From NCBI GenBank assembly GCA_029256185.1, contig JAQSYI010000003.1, positions 202,409-266,408 of the forward strand: a stretch of DNA of 64,000 nucleotides, in the 5' to 3' direction. The translations under genes were made by a program, and so were the position numbers. The notes beneath the pieces are model-generated. The model made no database searches. It was not told the origin of the DNA and worked only from the letters and a program-made list of their open reading frames with translations. Positions 7,560-17,295 of the stretch are shown here, in pieces. Each line of letters begins with the position of its first letter. The first letter of the stretch is position 1. Origin of the DNA: Paenibacillaceae bacterium. Lineage in GTDB: Bacteria; Bacillota; Bacilli; Paenibacillales; NBRC-103111.

Positions 7560-8786
7560 TTAGTCGCTCTGGCGGACGAGTTCAGCCGGAACAGCTTGCT
7601 CCTCCACCCATGAAGGGAAACCGTCCCTAAATTTGCTCCAGTCCGCCGTCATCTCCTTCTCGGTCAACAGGCAGGCGTCCAGTTTTCGGATAATCTCCGC
7701 TTGATCCAGCCCGATCCCGATCAAAACCAGCTCCGTCTCCCGGTCTCCCCACTCAGGGTCCCAAGCAGCCGCCAACTCCGGCTCCTCCTTCAGAATGAGA
7801 CGCTGCTCCTCCCGGGGCATGGATGCTACCCAGTATCCTGCAGGCCCGAATTGAATGGATGGCCCCGCCTGTCCAAGGGATACGGCAATGGCGTTTCTGC
7901 TGGCCAGCCACAGGATGCCCTTGGACCGGACGATTTCCTCCGGCCACGCCTCCATGAATGCGTACAAGCGCTCCGGCTGGAACGGCTTGCGGCGGCGGTA
8001 AACAAAGGAGCTGATCCCGTATTCCTCCGTTTCGGGAGTATGCTCCTCCTTGGCAAGCTCTCTCATCCATCCTGCCGATTGGCTGGCCTCATCAAAGTTG
8101 AACAAGCCGGTGTTGAGAATTTCCTCCGGATTCACCTGCCCCCGTACAGAGCGAATAAGACGGGCACGGGGCTGAAGCTTACGGAGCATGGCCTCCAGCT
8201 CCAGCAAACTCTTCTCCTCCACCATATCGCATTTGTTCAGCACCAGCACATCACAGAACTCAATCTGATCGATCAGCAGATCCACCACATCCCGTACATC
8301 CTCCGCGCCGGCGGCCTGGGAGCGTTCCAGTAGACTGTCGCCGGATGAGAAATCATGCCAGAAGCGGTAGGCGTCCACCACCGTCACCATACAATCCAGT
8401 CTGCAAACCTCAGACAGGGAGATGGAGGTGTCTTCGTCCTCATACGAGAAGGTCTGGGCGATAGGCAGGGGCTCTCCAACGCCAGTGGACTCAATCAGAA
8501 TATAATCGAAGGTTCCTGCCGAAGCCAGCTTCTGAACTTCCTTCAGCAAATCATCACGCAGGGTGCAGCAGATACAGCCGTTGGAGAGCTGAACCAGTTT
8601 CTCCTCTGTGCGGGAGAGAGTAGAACCGGACTGAATCAGAGCAGCGTCAATATTGACCTCGCTCATATCATTGACAATAACCGCCACCCGCAAGCCCTGC
8701 CGGTTATTCAACACATGGTTCAGCAGGGTCGTCTTGCCTGACCCCAGATAACCGCATAGCACCGTGACGGGAATTTTAGTCTTCAA
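7560..8786 (-). CDS. COG0523 / CobW-YciC family G3E GTPase (zinc metallochaperone)
   Basis: Walker A GYLGSGKTT, NDMSEVNIDA, metal-binding GCICCTLR, ESTG, NKCD and C-terminal CobW_C. TTG start with RBS AAGGAGG. Confidence 0.95.
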   Translation of the reverse strand: MKTKIPVTVLCGYLGSGKTTLLNHVLNNRQGLRVAVIVNDMSEVNIDAALIQSGSTLSRTEEKLVQLSNGCICCTLRDDLLKEVQKLASAGTFDYILIESTGVGEPLPIAQTFSYEDEDTSISLSEVCRLDCMVTVVDAYRFWHDFSSGDSLLERSQAAGAEDVRDVVDLLIDQIEFCDVLVLNKCDMVEEKSLLELEAMLRKLQPRARLIRSVRGQVNPEEILNTGLFNFDEASQSAGWMRELAKEEHTPETEEYGISSFVYRRRKPFQPERLYAFMEAWPEEIVRSKGILWLASRNAIAVSLGQAGPSIQFGPAGYWVASMPREEQRLILKEEPELAAAWDPEWGDRETELVLIGIGLDQAEIIRKLDACLLTEKEMTADWSKFRDGFPSWVEEQAVPAELVRQSD

Positions 8787-8804
8787 AGCAAACGCCTCCT
8801 TGTT

Positions 8805-8825
8805 TAATAGTAATTATTACTATTA
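8805..8825. promoter_or_regulatory. Zur box
   Basis: Perfect 10-1-10 palindrome TAATAGTAAT-T-ATTACTATTA. It resembles the Bacillus Zur consensus (AAATCGTAATnATTACGATTT), overlaps a minus-strand TATAAT and sits directly upstream of the COG0523 gene. Confidence 0.85.
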
Positions 8826-8963
8826 TAAAGCATATTACACATATGCTATGATCTTGTCAATGCCATCCTTATCTGTCTGTTGTTGCACTGCCCTGTTGCA
8901 CTGTCCGGTTGCGATGTCTGTTATTGCACTATCCTATCGTGCTGTCCCGATCAATAGGGAAGC

Positions 8964-9002
8964 AGCAAAAAGAGCCTATTGGCGTCTACGCCGACAGGCC
9001 CT
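8964..9002 (-). terminator. Rho-independent terminator of the GH94/sugar-acid operon
   Basis: Minus strand GGGCCTGTCGGCG-TAGA-CGCCAATAGGCTC-TTTTT. Confidence 0.75.
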
Positions 9003-9037
9003 TCATTTTGGAGTTCGAACAAGATTTTGCAGGAATG

Positions 9038-10033
9038 CTACATCGCCAATATTTGCCGCCAAATATCTTCATTGACAGGAATTCCGTTCGCCATATTATC
9101 CAGCCGGGTTTGATATTCCCGCTCATTGGGATAGAGAATTTCCTTCTCATCGTCCACCCGCACGGACTCCTTCACATTCTGGATTACCTCGTCCACCAGC
9201 CGTCCATTCTCCGGAGTAATTCTCTTCACATCCAGGGCAATAAATACCTGGGATACGGCGTATTCATCCTCTCCCAATTGGCCGACGCGATAGGTGCTGT
9301 TGCCATCGGACAGACAGGCAGCAATCAGATCCAGCAGAATGGAGAAGCCGGAGCCCTTCCAATACCCGATAGGCAGCACACGCCAGGACTTCTCAATTTC
9401 CGCCGGGTCCGTGCTCAAGTTTCCATTGGAGTCAAATCCCCCGGGAACAGGAAGCTGTCTGCCTGCAAGCTTGGCGGCTTCGATAGCTCCGTAAGAGAAT
9501 TGCGCCATGGCGCCATCCACCATCAGGTGTCCATTTTCCTTGGGCACACACATAATCAGAGGGTTATTGCCGATACGGCGGTCCGTAGCCCCCCAAGCCG
9601 GCATGTTGGGCTGGGTATTGGTCCAGCAGATGCCGATGCAGCCCGCATTGGCAGCCTGAAGGCCGTAAGCGCCGCCCCGCATCCAGTGGTTGGTGTTCCG
9701 CAGCGCTACACAGCCGATTCCGAATTGGTGCGCCAGTTCAATCGCCCGGTCCATACAGATTTTGGCGTTGGTATTGCCCATGCCCAGATTGCCGTCCCAT
9801 TTCTCCAATGCACCGAAGGACTGAATGCATTCCGGGTCATTCTCCGGCTTGATATAGGCCTTTTGCAGGTAAGAAATCACCCGGGGAAAACGGTTCACAC
9901 CGTGAGAATATATGCCATCCAGACTATTTTGAGCAAAAATTTCCGCATTTATGCGGGCTTTCTTTTCTTCAAAGCCATACTTGACCAAAACCCGGGTAAA
10001 TTCCTCAATCATTTGCGGGTAGGGGATTCTCAT
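9038..10033 (-). CDS. yiaK: 3-dehydro-L-gulonate 2-dehydrogenase / 2,3-diketo-L-gulonate reductase (Ldh_2 family)
   Basis: YiaK-typical motifs DGIYSHGVNRFPR, ALRNTNHWMRGGAYG, ICWTNT, RRIGNNPL, MAQFSYG and LPIGYWKGSG; 331 aa. Confidence 0.88.
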   Translation of the reverse strand: MRIPYPQMIEEFTRVLVKYGFEEKKARINAEIFAQNSLDGIYSHGVNRFPRVISYLQKAYIKPENDPECIQSFGALEKWDGNLGMGNTNAKICMDRAIELAHQFGIGCVALRNTNHWMRGGAYGLQAANAGCIGICWTNTQPNMPAWGATDRRIGNNPLIMCVPKENGHLMVDGAMAQFSYGAIEAAKLAGRQLPVPGGFDSNGNLSTDPAEIEKSWRVLPIGYWKGSGFSILLDLIAACLSDGNSTYRVGQLGEDEYAVSQVFIALDVKRITPENGRLVDEVIQNVKESVRVDDEKEILYPNEREYQTRLDNMANGIPVNEDIWRQILAM

Positions 10034-10079
10034 TTATATTTGCCTCCTGAGCAACTCTAATGGGTGGTGCGGGCTTTTT

Positions 10080-11093
10080 TTATAAAATCACATTGACTTT
10101 AAGGTAGCCTCCCGGGTTGCGGTCAATATCCATAATCGCAGCGGCTGCCTCCTCCATGGATACAATAGCCGTCAGAATAGCGCGCGCATCGACCTTGCCG
10201 TAATAAATCAGATCGATAGCCTCCTGAAACTCCCCGGCGCTGGTTCTGGCTCCGCGAATATCCACTTCCTTCTTGGTAATCAAGCCTGTAGGAAGCTCGG
10301 TACTCACCTTCGGCCAACCGGTCAAGACAATCCTGCCTGCATTGGATACCAATTCCAGCGTGCTTTGAATAGCAGAATTGGCTCCTGATGCTTCCATCAC
10401 TACCTCCGCCATCCGGCCGCCTGTGATTTCCCGGACTCGCTCTACCGCATTCTCCTTGGCAGGATTAACGGTGTGCACTACGCCGAGCTGTCTGGCTTTC
10501 TCCAGACGCTCATCTACGGGATCAATCATGATCGGCTTGGCCCCGTAATGCAAGGCCCCCATAGCGGCCAGCAGCCCGATGGGTCCCGCTCCGCTGATGG
10601 CAATGTGCTCGCCTTCGGTGAGCCGTCCCCGGTGCAGACCATGCAGGGCAATAGTCAAGGGCTCGGCCATCGGGATGATATCCCAAGGCATGTCGTCCGG
10701 TACCTTGTACAGCATTTCCGCAGGGTGCGTAAAATATTCCACCATGCCGCCGTCCACGTGAACGCCAAGCACCTTCAAGTCCTCACAGCAATTGGTTCTG
10801 CCTATAGAGCAAGGGTAGCAGTGCCCGCAGTACAGATACGGGTCCACGATCACCTTGTCTCCGGGCCTGATCCCTCTGCTGTTGGCAGGAATAGAGATGA
10901 CCTCTCCGGCTATTTCATGGCCGATTACCCGGGGATAGGACACGAGGGGATTGGCTCCCCGGTAAGCGCCGATATCCGAGCCGCAAATTCCGGCGGATTT
11001 TACTTTTATGAGAGCCTCGCCTGCTTGAGGCACCGGCTTGACCATTTCAATGGATTTAATATTCCAGGGTTCCTGCAAGTACATTCCCTTCAT
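10080..11093 (-). CDS. Zinc-binding MDR dehydrogenase, YjjN/L-galactonate- or L-gulonate 5-dehydrogenase-like
   Basis: GICGSD, GHE, structural Zn CGHCYPCSIGRTNCC, GVHVDGGM and Rossmann GAGPIG. Confidence 0.88.
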   Translation of the reverse strand: MKGMYLQEPWNIKSIEMVKPVPQAGEALIKVKSAGICGSDIGAYRGANPLVSYPRVIGHEIAGEVISIPANSRGIRPGDKVIVDPYLYCGHCYPCSIGRTNCCEDLKVLGVHVDGGMVEYFTHPAEMLYKVPDDMPWDIIPMAEPLTIALHGLHRGRLTEGEHIAISGAGPIGLLAAMGALHYGAKPIMIDPVDERLEKARQLGVVHTVNPAKENAVERVREITGGRMAEVVMEASGANSAIQSTLELVSNAGRIVLTGWPKVSTELPTGLITKKEVDIRGARTSAGEFQEAIDLIYYGKVDARAILTAIVSMEEAAAAIMDIDRNPGGYLKVNVIL

Positions 11094-11096
11094 TAT

Positions 11097-11582
11097 TCAA
11101 CTCACCGTCCCATCCAGCGTATTCATATTTATCTTCAGTACGACCTTGATCAACTTGCCGGGCTCGCTCACTGCGCAGCAGGGCCGGTGGATATCCCATG
11201 GGAAAAATACGGCAAAGCTGCCTCCGCCCATCTGAACAAAGCTTTCATTCTCCACGAACCTGTACTGCAGCAGATCCTTCTCTGCCAGGCTGTCCAGCCA
11301 TACGGAGTTCGGGTTTGTGACCGGGGCAAAGCCGATCTGTTCTTCACCTTTTACCGCATAATGAATATCAATAAACCGGGCATGTGTTTCGGGATATATT
11401 TCCTGCACAGGCCGGGTTTGGGTATGAACCACTTGCGCATAAATCTGGTTGCCCTTGATCGGGTATACACCCGGCTGAAGCTCCAATATAGGGTTATCGT
11501 TCAGAAATTCCAGAGCCATCTGTAAGGACAGCGGGTACATTTCCTTCGTCTTCTTATAAGTTTGCAGAGTAGAATAGATCAT
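11097..11582 (-). CDS. YhcH/YjgK/YiaL family protein (sugar-acid anomerase/isomerase-like cupin)
   Basis: ETHARFIDIHY, FAVFFPWDIHRP and IKVVLKI motifs. Confidence 0.9.
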   Translation of the reverse strand: MIYSTLQTYKKTKEMYPLSLQMALEFLNDNPILELQPGVYPIKGNQIYAQVVHTQTRPVQEIYPETHARFIDIHYAVKGEEQIGFAPVTNPNSVWLDSLAEKDLLQYRFVENESFVQMGGGSFAVFFPWDIHRPCCAVSEPGKLIKVVLKINMNTLDGTVS

Positions 11583-11604
11583 CTGAAACGCCCTTTCCGC
11601 GCTA

Positions 11605-13890
11605 TTATCCTAACAAAATGCGGACTTCATAGCTGCTCCCCGCTTCATAAGGCAGCACCTCTCCGTTATAAACCTCTCCATTGACAACAATCTGCTCGAT
11701 GGAGTTGCAGCCGCCCTCACGGGATTGCGTATAGATGATATGATAGTTGGCTCCCCGGAACTCCTTGGTGATTTCGCAGGTTTTCCAGTCAGGCGGCAGG
11801 CAAGGCTCCAGCTTGAGTCCATCCATCTGCGGCTTCAGCCCAAAGACGAACTGGACCAGCGCCTTGACGAACCAGGCTCCGCTGGCCGTTCTCCAGCTTT
11901 GTCCGGGTGTACCGTAGCGGTAACCTGTTTCTTCGGTGAAATAAGAGTTGCACATGGCATAGGGCTCGCCCTTGGTCTCGAACCACTTGTGGTTAAACGG
12001 AAGCACCTTTTCGATTCCCATCTGCACCTTGTCATTGCGCTTCAGCATGGCATCCACGGCAATCTTCCACATGCTGGGATGCAGATAGACACCGCCATTC
12101 TCATGAACACCGGCAGGCTTTTGGGTCATTTCGCCGATATTGGCCACATAATCATGATAGGCCGGCCACGATACCAGCGTACCCAGCTCTGTCTCCAGAT
12201 AGCGGTCAACAGCATCCATGGCTCTTAGCTCCTTATCTCCCTCGCCGATTCCGGAGAGCACGGACCACAGCTGGGGAATCAGGAATACCTTGCCCTCGGT
12301 GCAGCTGAGGGAGCCGATCTTCTCCTCCTGGTCGTTGAACGCATCCAGATAGAACTCGCCGTCCCAGCCGATGCTGTTGACGATGTCCCGCATTTCTGCG
12401 CCATTGCGCTCCGCCAGCCGGACATCCTCCTCCTGGTTCAAGAGCTTGGCCAATTCGATGAACTGGCTGTTGGCTCTGTACCAGGCTATGGACAGCCAGA
12501 CACTGACGCCCTTGCCTTCCAGTCCGGCCTGATTCATCAGGTCGTTCCAGTCGCCGCCCCAGATTTTGACCAGTCCATGCAGCCCCTTGAAATTCCAGAG
12601 GAAATCCACGGCCCGCTTGGCATGCTCATACACCGTTGCGGAGGTGCCGTCGTTGAAGACTACCTCTTCCTTCAGGCGGTCCGCATCCCCCAGCTCCATG
12701 ACCAGACTGTATACGGCCATGGCAATCCATACCGCATTGTCGGCGAAGCTGTTGTCACGGATCAGTCCATCCAGCCAGGTGCGTGGCGCATATCCGGTGC
12801 TGTACTGATAGGTCAACGCCCGCTTCAGACGCTCCCAGCCCAGCTCCGGATTGAAGGTGCCGACGCATTCGCTGTCACTGGTCATGTCCCGGTAGCCGTT
12901 ATGTCTTACCCTGGCCCAGCGGCTGCCCATATTGCTTTCATGCTTCAGCCAGTCGTTGAACAGATGGTTCAGCCCGGTATCCGGCGTTTGAATGCGGACA
13001 CCGTCACTTTGTTTGGCAAGACGTTCGATGGCCTGCGCGAACAGCGCGTCTACCGCTCCCTCCGCAAACAGCTCATTATGCGCCTGCAGAATTTCTTCTT
13101 CGCTGAAGGCAATTCCAGCTGCATAATCAAAGCGGGCTTCCGCTCCGGCAGCCAGCCTCACCCAATTTTCCAGAGCAAAGCAGATTTTCTCCGAATTGCA
13201 ATCGCTGTTCTGGCATCCGCCCTTACTTAATGCCAGTGGCGCCGATTCTTCTCCATATGTGCCGATAAAAGCGTTCTTGCGGGTATCATAGCCGCTGGCG
13301 TCCAGGGAGCCAGTCAGGTAGCCGTACACCTTGCGGGTATCGGCGGAACCGTACTTGCCGAAGGCCTGGCAGACGGCTGCATTGCTTTCTTCTATGAAAT
13401 AGCCAAGGTCGGTATTGTAGCCCTGCGGCCGGTACGGCCCGTCCAGATTCGTTCTGAAATACGGAATCACCTTGAGACTGCAGGGCACTTCCCGCAGATT
13501 GGTAAGGGAGACCGTCCAGATTTCGCAATTCCCCTCTGCAGGGACGAATAACCGGAACTCCGAACGGATGCCCTTGTAAGTCAGGGTTATGACGGTATAT
13601 CCGTTTCCGTGGGAGCATTGATAATCTTCATAGCTGCGCTCCACCGGCAGGGCGTTGGCCAGCCAATATTCCCCGCTTTCCATATCCAGCAGATAGATCT
13701 GGCGGCCTGCAAGCAGCTGCAGCCTCCTGCCCGTGTCATCCTGGGTGAAGCCCTCTCCGTACCCTACCTGCGATGTGAAGGTAATATAAGTATCGTTCCA
13801 CAAATAGTTGTACCAATGCCGTGGCGTGTCGGGAGTTGTAATGCAATATTCCTTCTTGTCCTCCGCAAAAAATCCGTAGTTCTGACTCAT
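11605..13890 (-). CDS. GH94 glycoside phosphorylase (specificity unknown)
   Basis: TPDTPRHWYNYLWN N-terminus, NGYRD, catalytic-region GGDWND, ENGGVYLH and WRTASGAW. 761 aa, no signal peptide. Confidence 0.9.
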   Translation of the reverse strand: MSQNYGFFAEDKKEYCITTPDTPRHWYNYLWNDTYITFTSQVGYGEGFTQDDTGRRLQLLAGRQIYLLDMESGEYWLANALPVERSYEDYQCSHGNGYTVITLTYKGIRSEFRLFVPAEGNCEIWTVSLTNLREVPCSLKVIPYFRTNLDGPYRPQGYNTDLGYFIEESNAAVCQAFGKYGSADTRKVYGYLTGSLDASGYDTRKNAFIGTYGEESAPLALSKGGCQNSDCNSEKICFALENWVRLAAGAEARFDYAAGIAFSEEEILQAHNELFAEGAVDALFAQAIERLAKQSDGVRIQTPDTGLNHLFNDWLKHESNMGSRWARVRHNGYRDMTSDSECVGTFNPELGWERLKRALTYQYSTGYAPRTWLDGLIRDNSFADNAVWIAMAVYSLVMELGDADRLKEEVVFNDGTSATVYEHAKRAVDFLWNFKGLHGLVKIWGGDWNDLMNQAGLEGKGVSVWLSIAWYRANSQFIELAKLLNQEEDVRLAERNGAEMRDIVNSIGWDGEFYLDAFNDQEEKIGSLSCTEGKVFLIPQLWSVLSGIGEGDKELRAMDAVDRYLETELGTLVSWPAYHDYVANIGEMTQKPAGVHENGGVYLHPSMWKIAVDAMLKRNDKVQMGIEKVLPFNHKWFETKGEPYAMCNSYFTEETGYRYGTPGQSWRTASGAWFVKALVQFVFGLKPQMDGLKLEPCLPPDWKTCEITKEFRGANYHIIYTQSREGGCNSIEQIVVNGEVYNGEVLPYEAGSSYEVRILLG

Positions 13891-13901
13891 ATAAGTTCCT
13901 C

Positions 13902-14768
13902 CTAGCCCTTGACTGCTCCAGATGTCAACCCTTCAATAAAGTAACGGTTCAGGAATAAATAAACGATCAGAATCGGCAGAATCGACATCACCGTGCCGGC
14001 CATCATAATATTCCATGCGGCGACGCCTTCCCCCTGGTCCTTCAGAAGCACGACGCCAACGGTCAATGTTCTGAGATCGGGCCGGGACAGAGTAAAGGCC
14101 AGGGGCATCATATAGTTGTTCCAGGCATCCCGGAAGGCCAGTATTCCCGCCGTAGCCAGAATGGGCGTAATAATCGGCATGATGATGGAGGTATAGATCT
14201 TGAAGAAGCTGGCGCCGTCGATCCGCGCGCACTCATCAATTTCCTTCGTAATGCCCTCGCAGTACCCCATAATCAGAATACAGAAGAACGGCTGGGCCGA
14301 GGCTACCTGGGCAATGACCATGCCCCACAGGCTGTTAAGCAATCCTAACTCCTTGCAGATCAGGAAAATGGGAAACAGTGTAACGGCGCCAAGCATAAAC
14401 AGCATGAAGCCAAAGGTGGACAGAATAAATTTTTTGCCCGGAAAATTGGAGCGCGACAAGGTATAGCCCGCCATAGAAGCGGTAATGACCGTTCCGATAA
14501 CCGACATGCCCGCAAAGAAAATACTGTTGAACGTATATCTGGCGAAATTAGCCTGGTTCCAGGCCTTGACATAGTTATCAAATTGGAATACCTCGGGAAA
14601 AATCCGGGTACCGCCCAGCAGAAAATCCTCTGTTGTTTTGAACGAACCGCCAACGGCATAAACAATCGGAAAAGCAATGCCAATCAGCACCAGCGTTAAT
14701 GCTGCATAAATGATGACCAAGTGTGATTTTTTCATTCCCAACTGCATAACGGACCTCCTTAACTGCAA
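13902..14768 (-). CDS. Carbohydrate ABC transporter permease (MalG-type)
   Basis: EAA motif EIDECARIDGAS and six TM segments. Confidence 0.93.
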   Translation of the reverse strand: MQLRRSVMQLGMKKSHLVIIYAALTLVLIGIAFPIVYAVGGSFKTTEDFLLGGTRIFPEVFQFDNYVKAWNQANFARYTFNSIFFAGMSVIGTVITASMAGYTLSRSNFPGKKFILSTFGFMLFMLGAVTLFPIFLICKELGLLNSLWGMVIAQVASAQPFFCILIMGYCEGITKEIDECARIDGASFFKIYTSIIMPIITPILATAGILAFRDAWNNYMMPLAFTLSRPDLRTLTVGVVLLKDQGEGVAAWNIMMAGTVMSILPILIVYLFLNRYFIEGLTSGAVKG

Positions 14769-14772
14769 ACAA

Positions 14773-15714
14773 CTAATAATTCATCTTGCGTGTAAAGAAC
14801 ATATACAAAAGCGTAATGATGCTGACCATCAGCGTGGACACGATACTCACAGCGCTGGCATATCCTTGCTGGGCATTGCCCATGGATTCGAAGAAATAGC
14901 GGAAGATGTACATGGTCATGACTTCCGTTGAGTTGCCGGGACCGCCGTTAGTCAGAGCCTTCACGGAATCGAACAGCTTCAGAGCGTTCAGAATCGAGAG
15001 GGAGGTAATAATCTGGAACATCTTCCCCATCATGGGGATGGTAATCTTGAAGAAGGTCTGAACCGAATTGGCGCCGTCAATCTTGGCGCTCTCGTAGACA
15101 TCAGCCGGAATACTCTGTATGGCCGAGAGAAACAATACCATATAGAAGCCTACGCCGCTCCAGGTGCAGAAGAGGATAATGACCACTTTTGCCATAAAAC
15201 CGCTGCCGAACCATTCAATCGGGCTGTCGATCAGATGAAGGTTCTGCAGAATGTCGTTTACAATCCCATTGTAGGAGGCGAACATGAAGAAGAAAATAAT
15301 CGCCATGATCGCTGTACTGGTAATGTTCGGCACGAATATGACGGCCCTGGAGAAATTGACTCCGGGGAATTTCTTGTTGAGCAGTACCGCCAGAAGAAGC
15401 GCAATCGGAAGTTGGACTAAGGGGATGCCAATTCCCAACTGAAGTGTATTAAGCACCGTTGTCCAGAATGAACCATCCTGAAACACACGTATATAATTGT
15501 CAAGACCGTTGAAGGTTGCTGGAGTGAAGCCGTTATATTCGGTGAAGCTGTAATAAAGAACATATAGAATCGGGAAAATCCCGAACACAACCACCATAAT
15601 GATGGTTGCCGCCATCATCGCGTATTGTGCCCGATGGTCTGCTATGCGCTTGAGCAAGGGCTTTTGCTTCTGCCTGACGGCAGCTGCATGGGGAACAGTA
15701 GGTATCATATGCAT
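14773..15714 (-). CDS. Carbohydrate ABC transporter permease (MalF-type)
   Basis: EAA motif DVYESAKIDGAN, GLDNY and six TM segments. Confidence 0.93.
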   Translation of the reverse strand: MHMIPTVPHAAAVRQKQKPLLKRIADHRAQYAMMAATIIMVVVFGIFPILYVLYYSFTEYNGFTPATFNGLDNYIRVFQDGSFWTTVLNTLQLGIGIPLVQLPIALLLAVLLNKKFPGVNFSRAVIFVPNITSTAIMAIIFFFMFASYNGIVNDILQNLHLIDSPIEWFGSGFMAKVVIILFCTWSGVGFYMVLFLSAIQSIPADVYESAKIDGANSVQTFFKITIPMMGKMFQIITSLSILNALKLFDSVKALTNGGPGNSTEVMTMYIFRYFFESMGNAQQGYASAVSIVSTLMVSIITLLYMFFTRKMNY

Positions 15715-15785
15715 AACACGCCTTCCGGTAAGCTTATTGAGATGAGGCAGAATGGATTGTCTTCTGCCTCATCCGTTTCTCTTGT

Positions 15786-17171
15786 TTATTGCGCCGGCTT
15801 TATGCTCTCCGGGCTGATGCTGCCGTTCTGCACGGCCTTCTCCAATGCTGCCGTATAGCGCTTGTTCAAATCCGCCAGAGCATTGTCCACGCTGGTGGAG
15901 AAATCCTTCTGAGTGTCGGCCACCGCAAACAGGTTGGTTAATACCTTGTTCCGGTCGTCGCCCTCCAGACTGATGAACTTGTGAGGCTCAAATACAGGGA
16001 TCTGCAGATCCGAGGTTTCCATGGAATACTTCAGACCTTGCAGGTTATACTTGGAAGTGGGCAAATTATCCGGATTGTTGGCGGTCAAATCTGTGCGGGG
16101 CACAGGCATAAACTGGTTGGCCAGCTCTTGATTGCCGAGCCACGCCGTATAAAACTTTTTGGCGGCTTCGGAGTTTTTGGAATTGGTGATCACCCAGTTC
16201 ACGCCGCCCTCTGCCCAGTATTTCCCGCTCTCGCCGTCGGCGAATACAGGAATCGGAGCGGCATCCCAGTTGGCTTTGGCCGACATTTGGGTAGCATAAC
16301 TGCCCATCATCCAGTTTCCGTCGATGTACATGCCGATTTTTCCCTGGGCAAAATTGGCCCGCAAAGGATCAATGCCCAATGTCTGGTAGCCGGGGAACAA
16401 GGAACCGTCCTTCTTCAAGTCCAGATAGTAATTGAAAAGACGCTTGTTGGATTCAAATTCGTACTTGCCGGTGCTGCTGTTGAATCCGTACCTGTCGCCA
16501 ACGCCCATGGCAATATTGATGGGGTCTATGATCCGTTCCCAAATTTGTGCTACCCCAAGCGGAAGACCGAAGCCGTAATATTCCCCTTTGCCGGCTTCTG
16601 TGATTTTGCGGGCTGCCTCCCTCATCTCTTCCAGAGTTGCGGGCGGCTTCTCCGGATCAAGTCCTGCTGCTTGGAACAGGTCCTTGTTATAAAGCAAGCG
16701 GTAGGCGCTGATGCGGACCGGAACAGAGTACAACTCGTCCTTGTAGTAAAATTCCTCGGGCTTCAAGGTGTCCGGATGAAGCTTGGCCTTCAATTCGTCG
16801 GTGACCGCATTGCCCAGGGGAATAATATTTCCCTGCTTGGCCAGACTATTGACGGTAATACCTCCGCTTGCCTCCATGATATCAGGCGGATTGCCGGCGG
16901 CAATGGCCATTTGCACAACACTGGCGTAATTCTCCCCGTAATACTCATAGGATACCTTGACCTCGTCTTGCTCCTTGTTAAACTTGTCGATAATGGCAGT
17001 GATGCCTTCGTCGGGACCGCTGGCGCGGATCCATACCTTAATATCGGTAGGGTCCTTCTTGGCTGCACCGCTTTGGGCCGATTCATCATCGCTTGCGCAT
17101 CCGACTGCGGAAGTCAGAAGTGTTGCCGCCAGCACCAGTGCACCCAGCTTGGCGAGTGGTTTTTTCCTCAT
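15786..17171 (-). CDS. Carbohydrate ABC solute-binding lipoprotein
   Basis: Lipobox AVGC after a basic/hydrophobic signal, with SBP family 1 motifs (NPPDI, LYNKDLF, PPATLEE). Confidence 0.93.
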   Translation of the reverse strand: MRKKPLAKLGALVLAATLLTSAVGCASDDESAQSGAAKKDPTDIKVWIRASGPDEGITAIIDKFNKEQDEVKVSYEYYGENYASVVQMAIAAGNPPDIMEASGGITVNSLAKQGNIIPLGNAVTDELKAKLHPDTLKPEEFYYKDELYSVPVRISAYRLLYNKDLFQAAGLDPEKPPATLEEMREAARKITEAGKGEYYGFGLPLGVAQIWERIIDPINIAMGVGDRYGFNSSTGKYEFESNKRLFNYYLDLKKDGSLFPGYQTLGIDPLRANFAQGKIGMYIDGNWMMGSYATQMSAKANWDAAPIPVFADGESGKYWAEGGVNWVITNSKNSEAAKKFYTAWLGNQELANQFMPVPRTDLTANNPDNLPTSKYNLQGLKYSMETSDLQIPVFEPHKFISLEGDDRNKVLTNLFAVADTQKDFSTSVDNALADLNKRYTAALEKAVQNGSISPESIKPAQ

Positions 17172-17295
17172 GCTTTCTTCCCCCTTGCTTCATTTTCGCT
17201 TCAATGTCATTATAGCCTTCCCCGCTTTTGCCGTGTGTCGGGATTGTTATGAAAAAGGACGGATTCGTTAGCCCGGATGCTCCGCTTAAAGTCTG

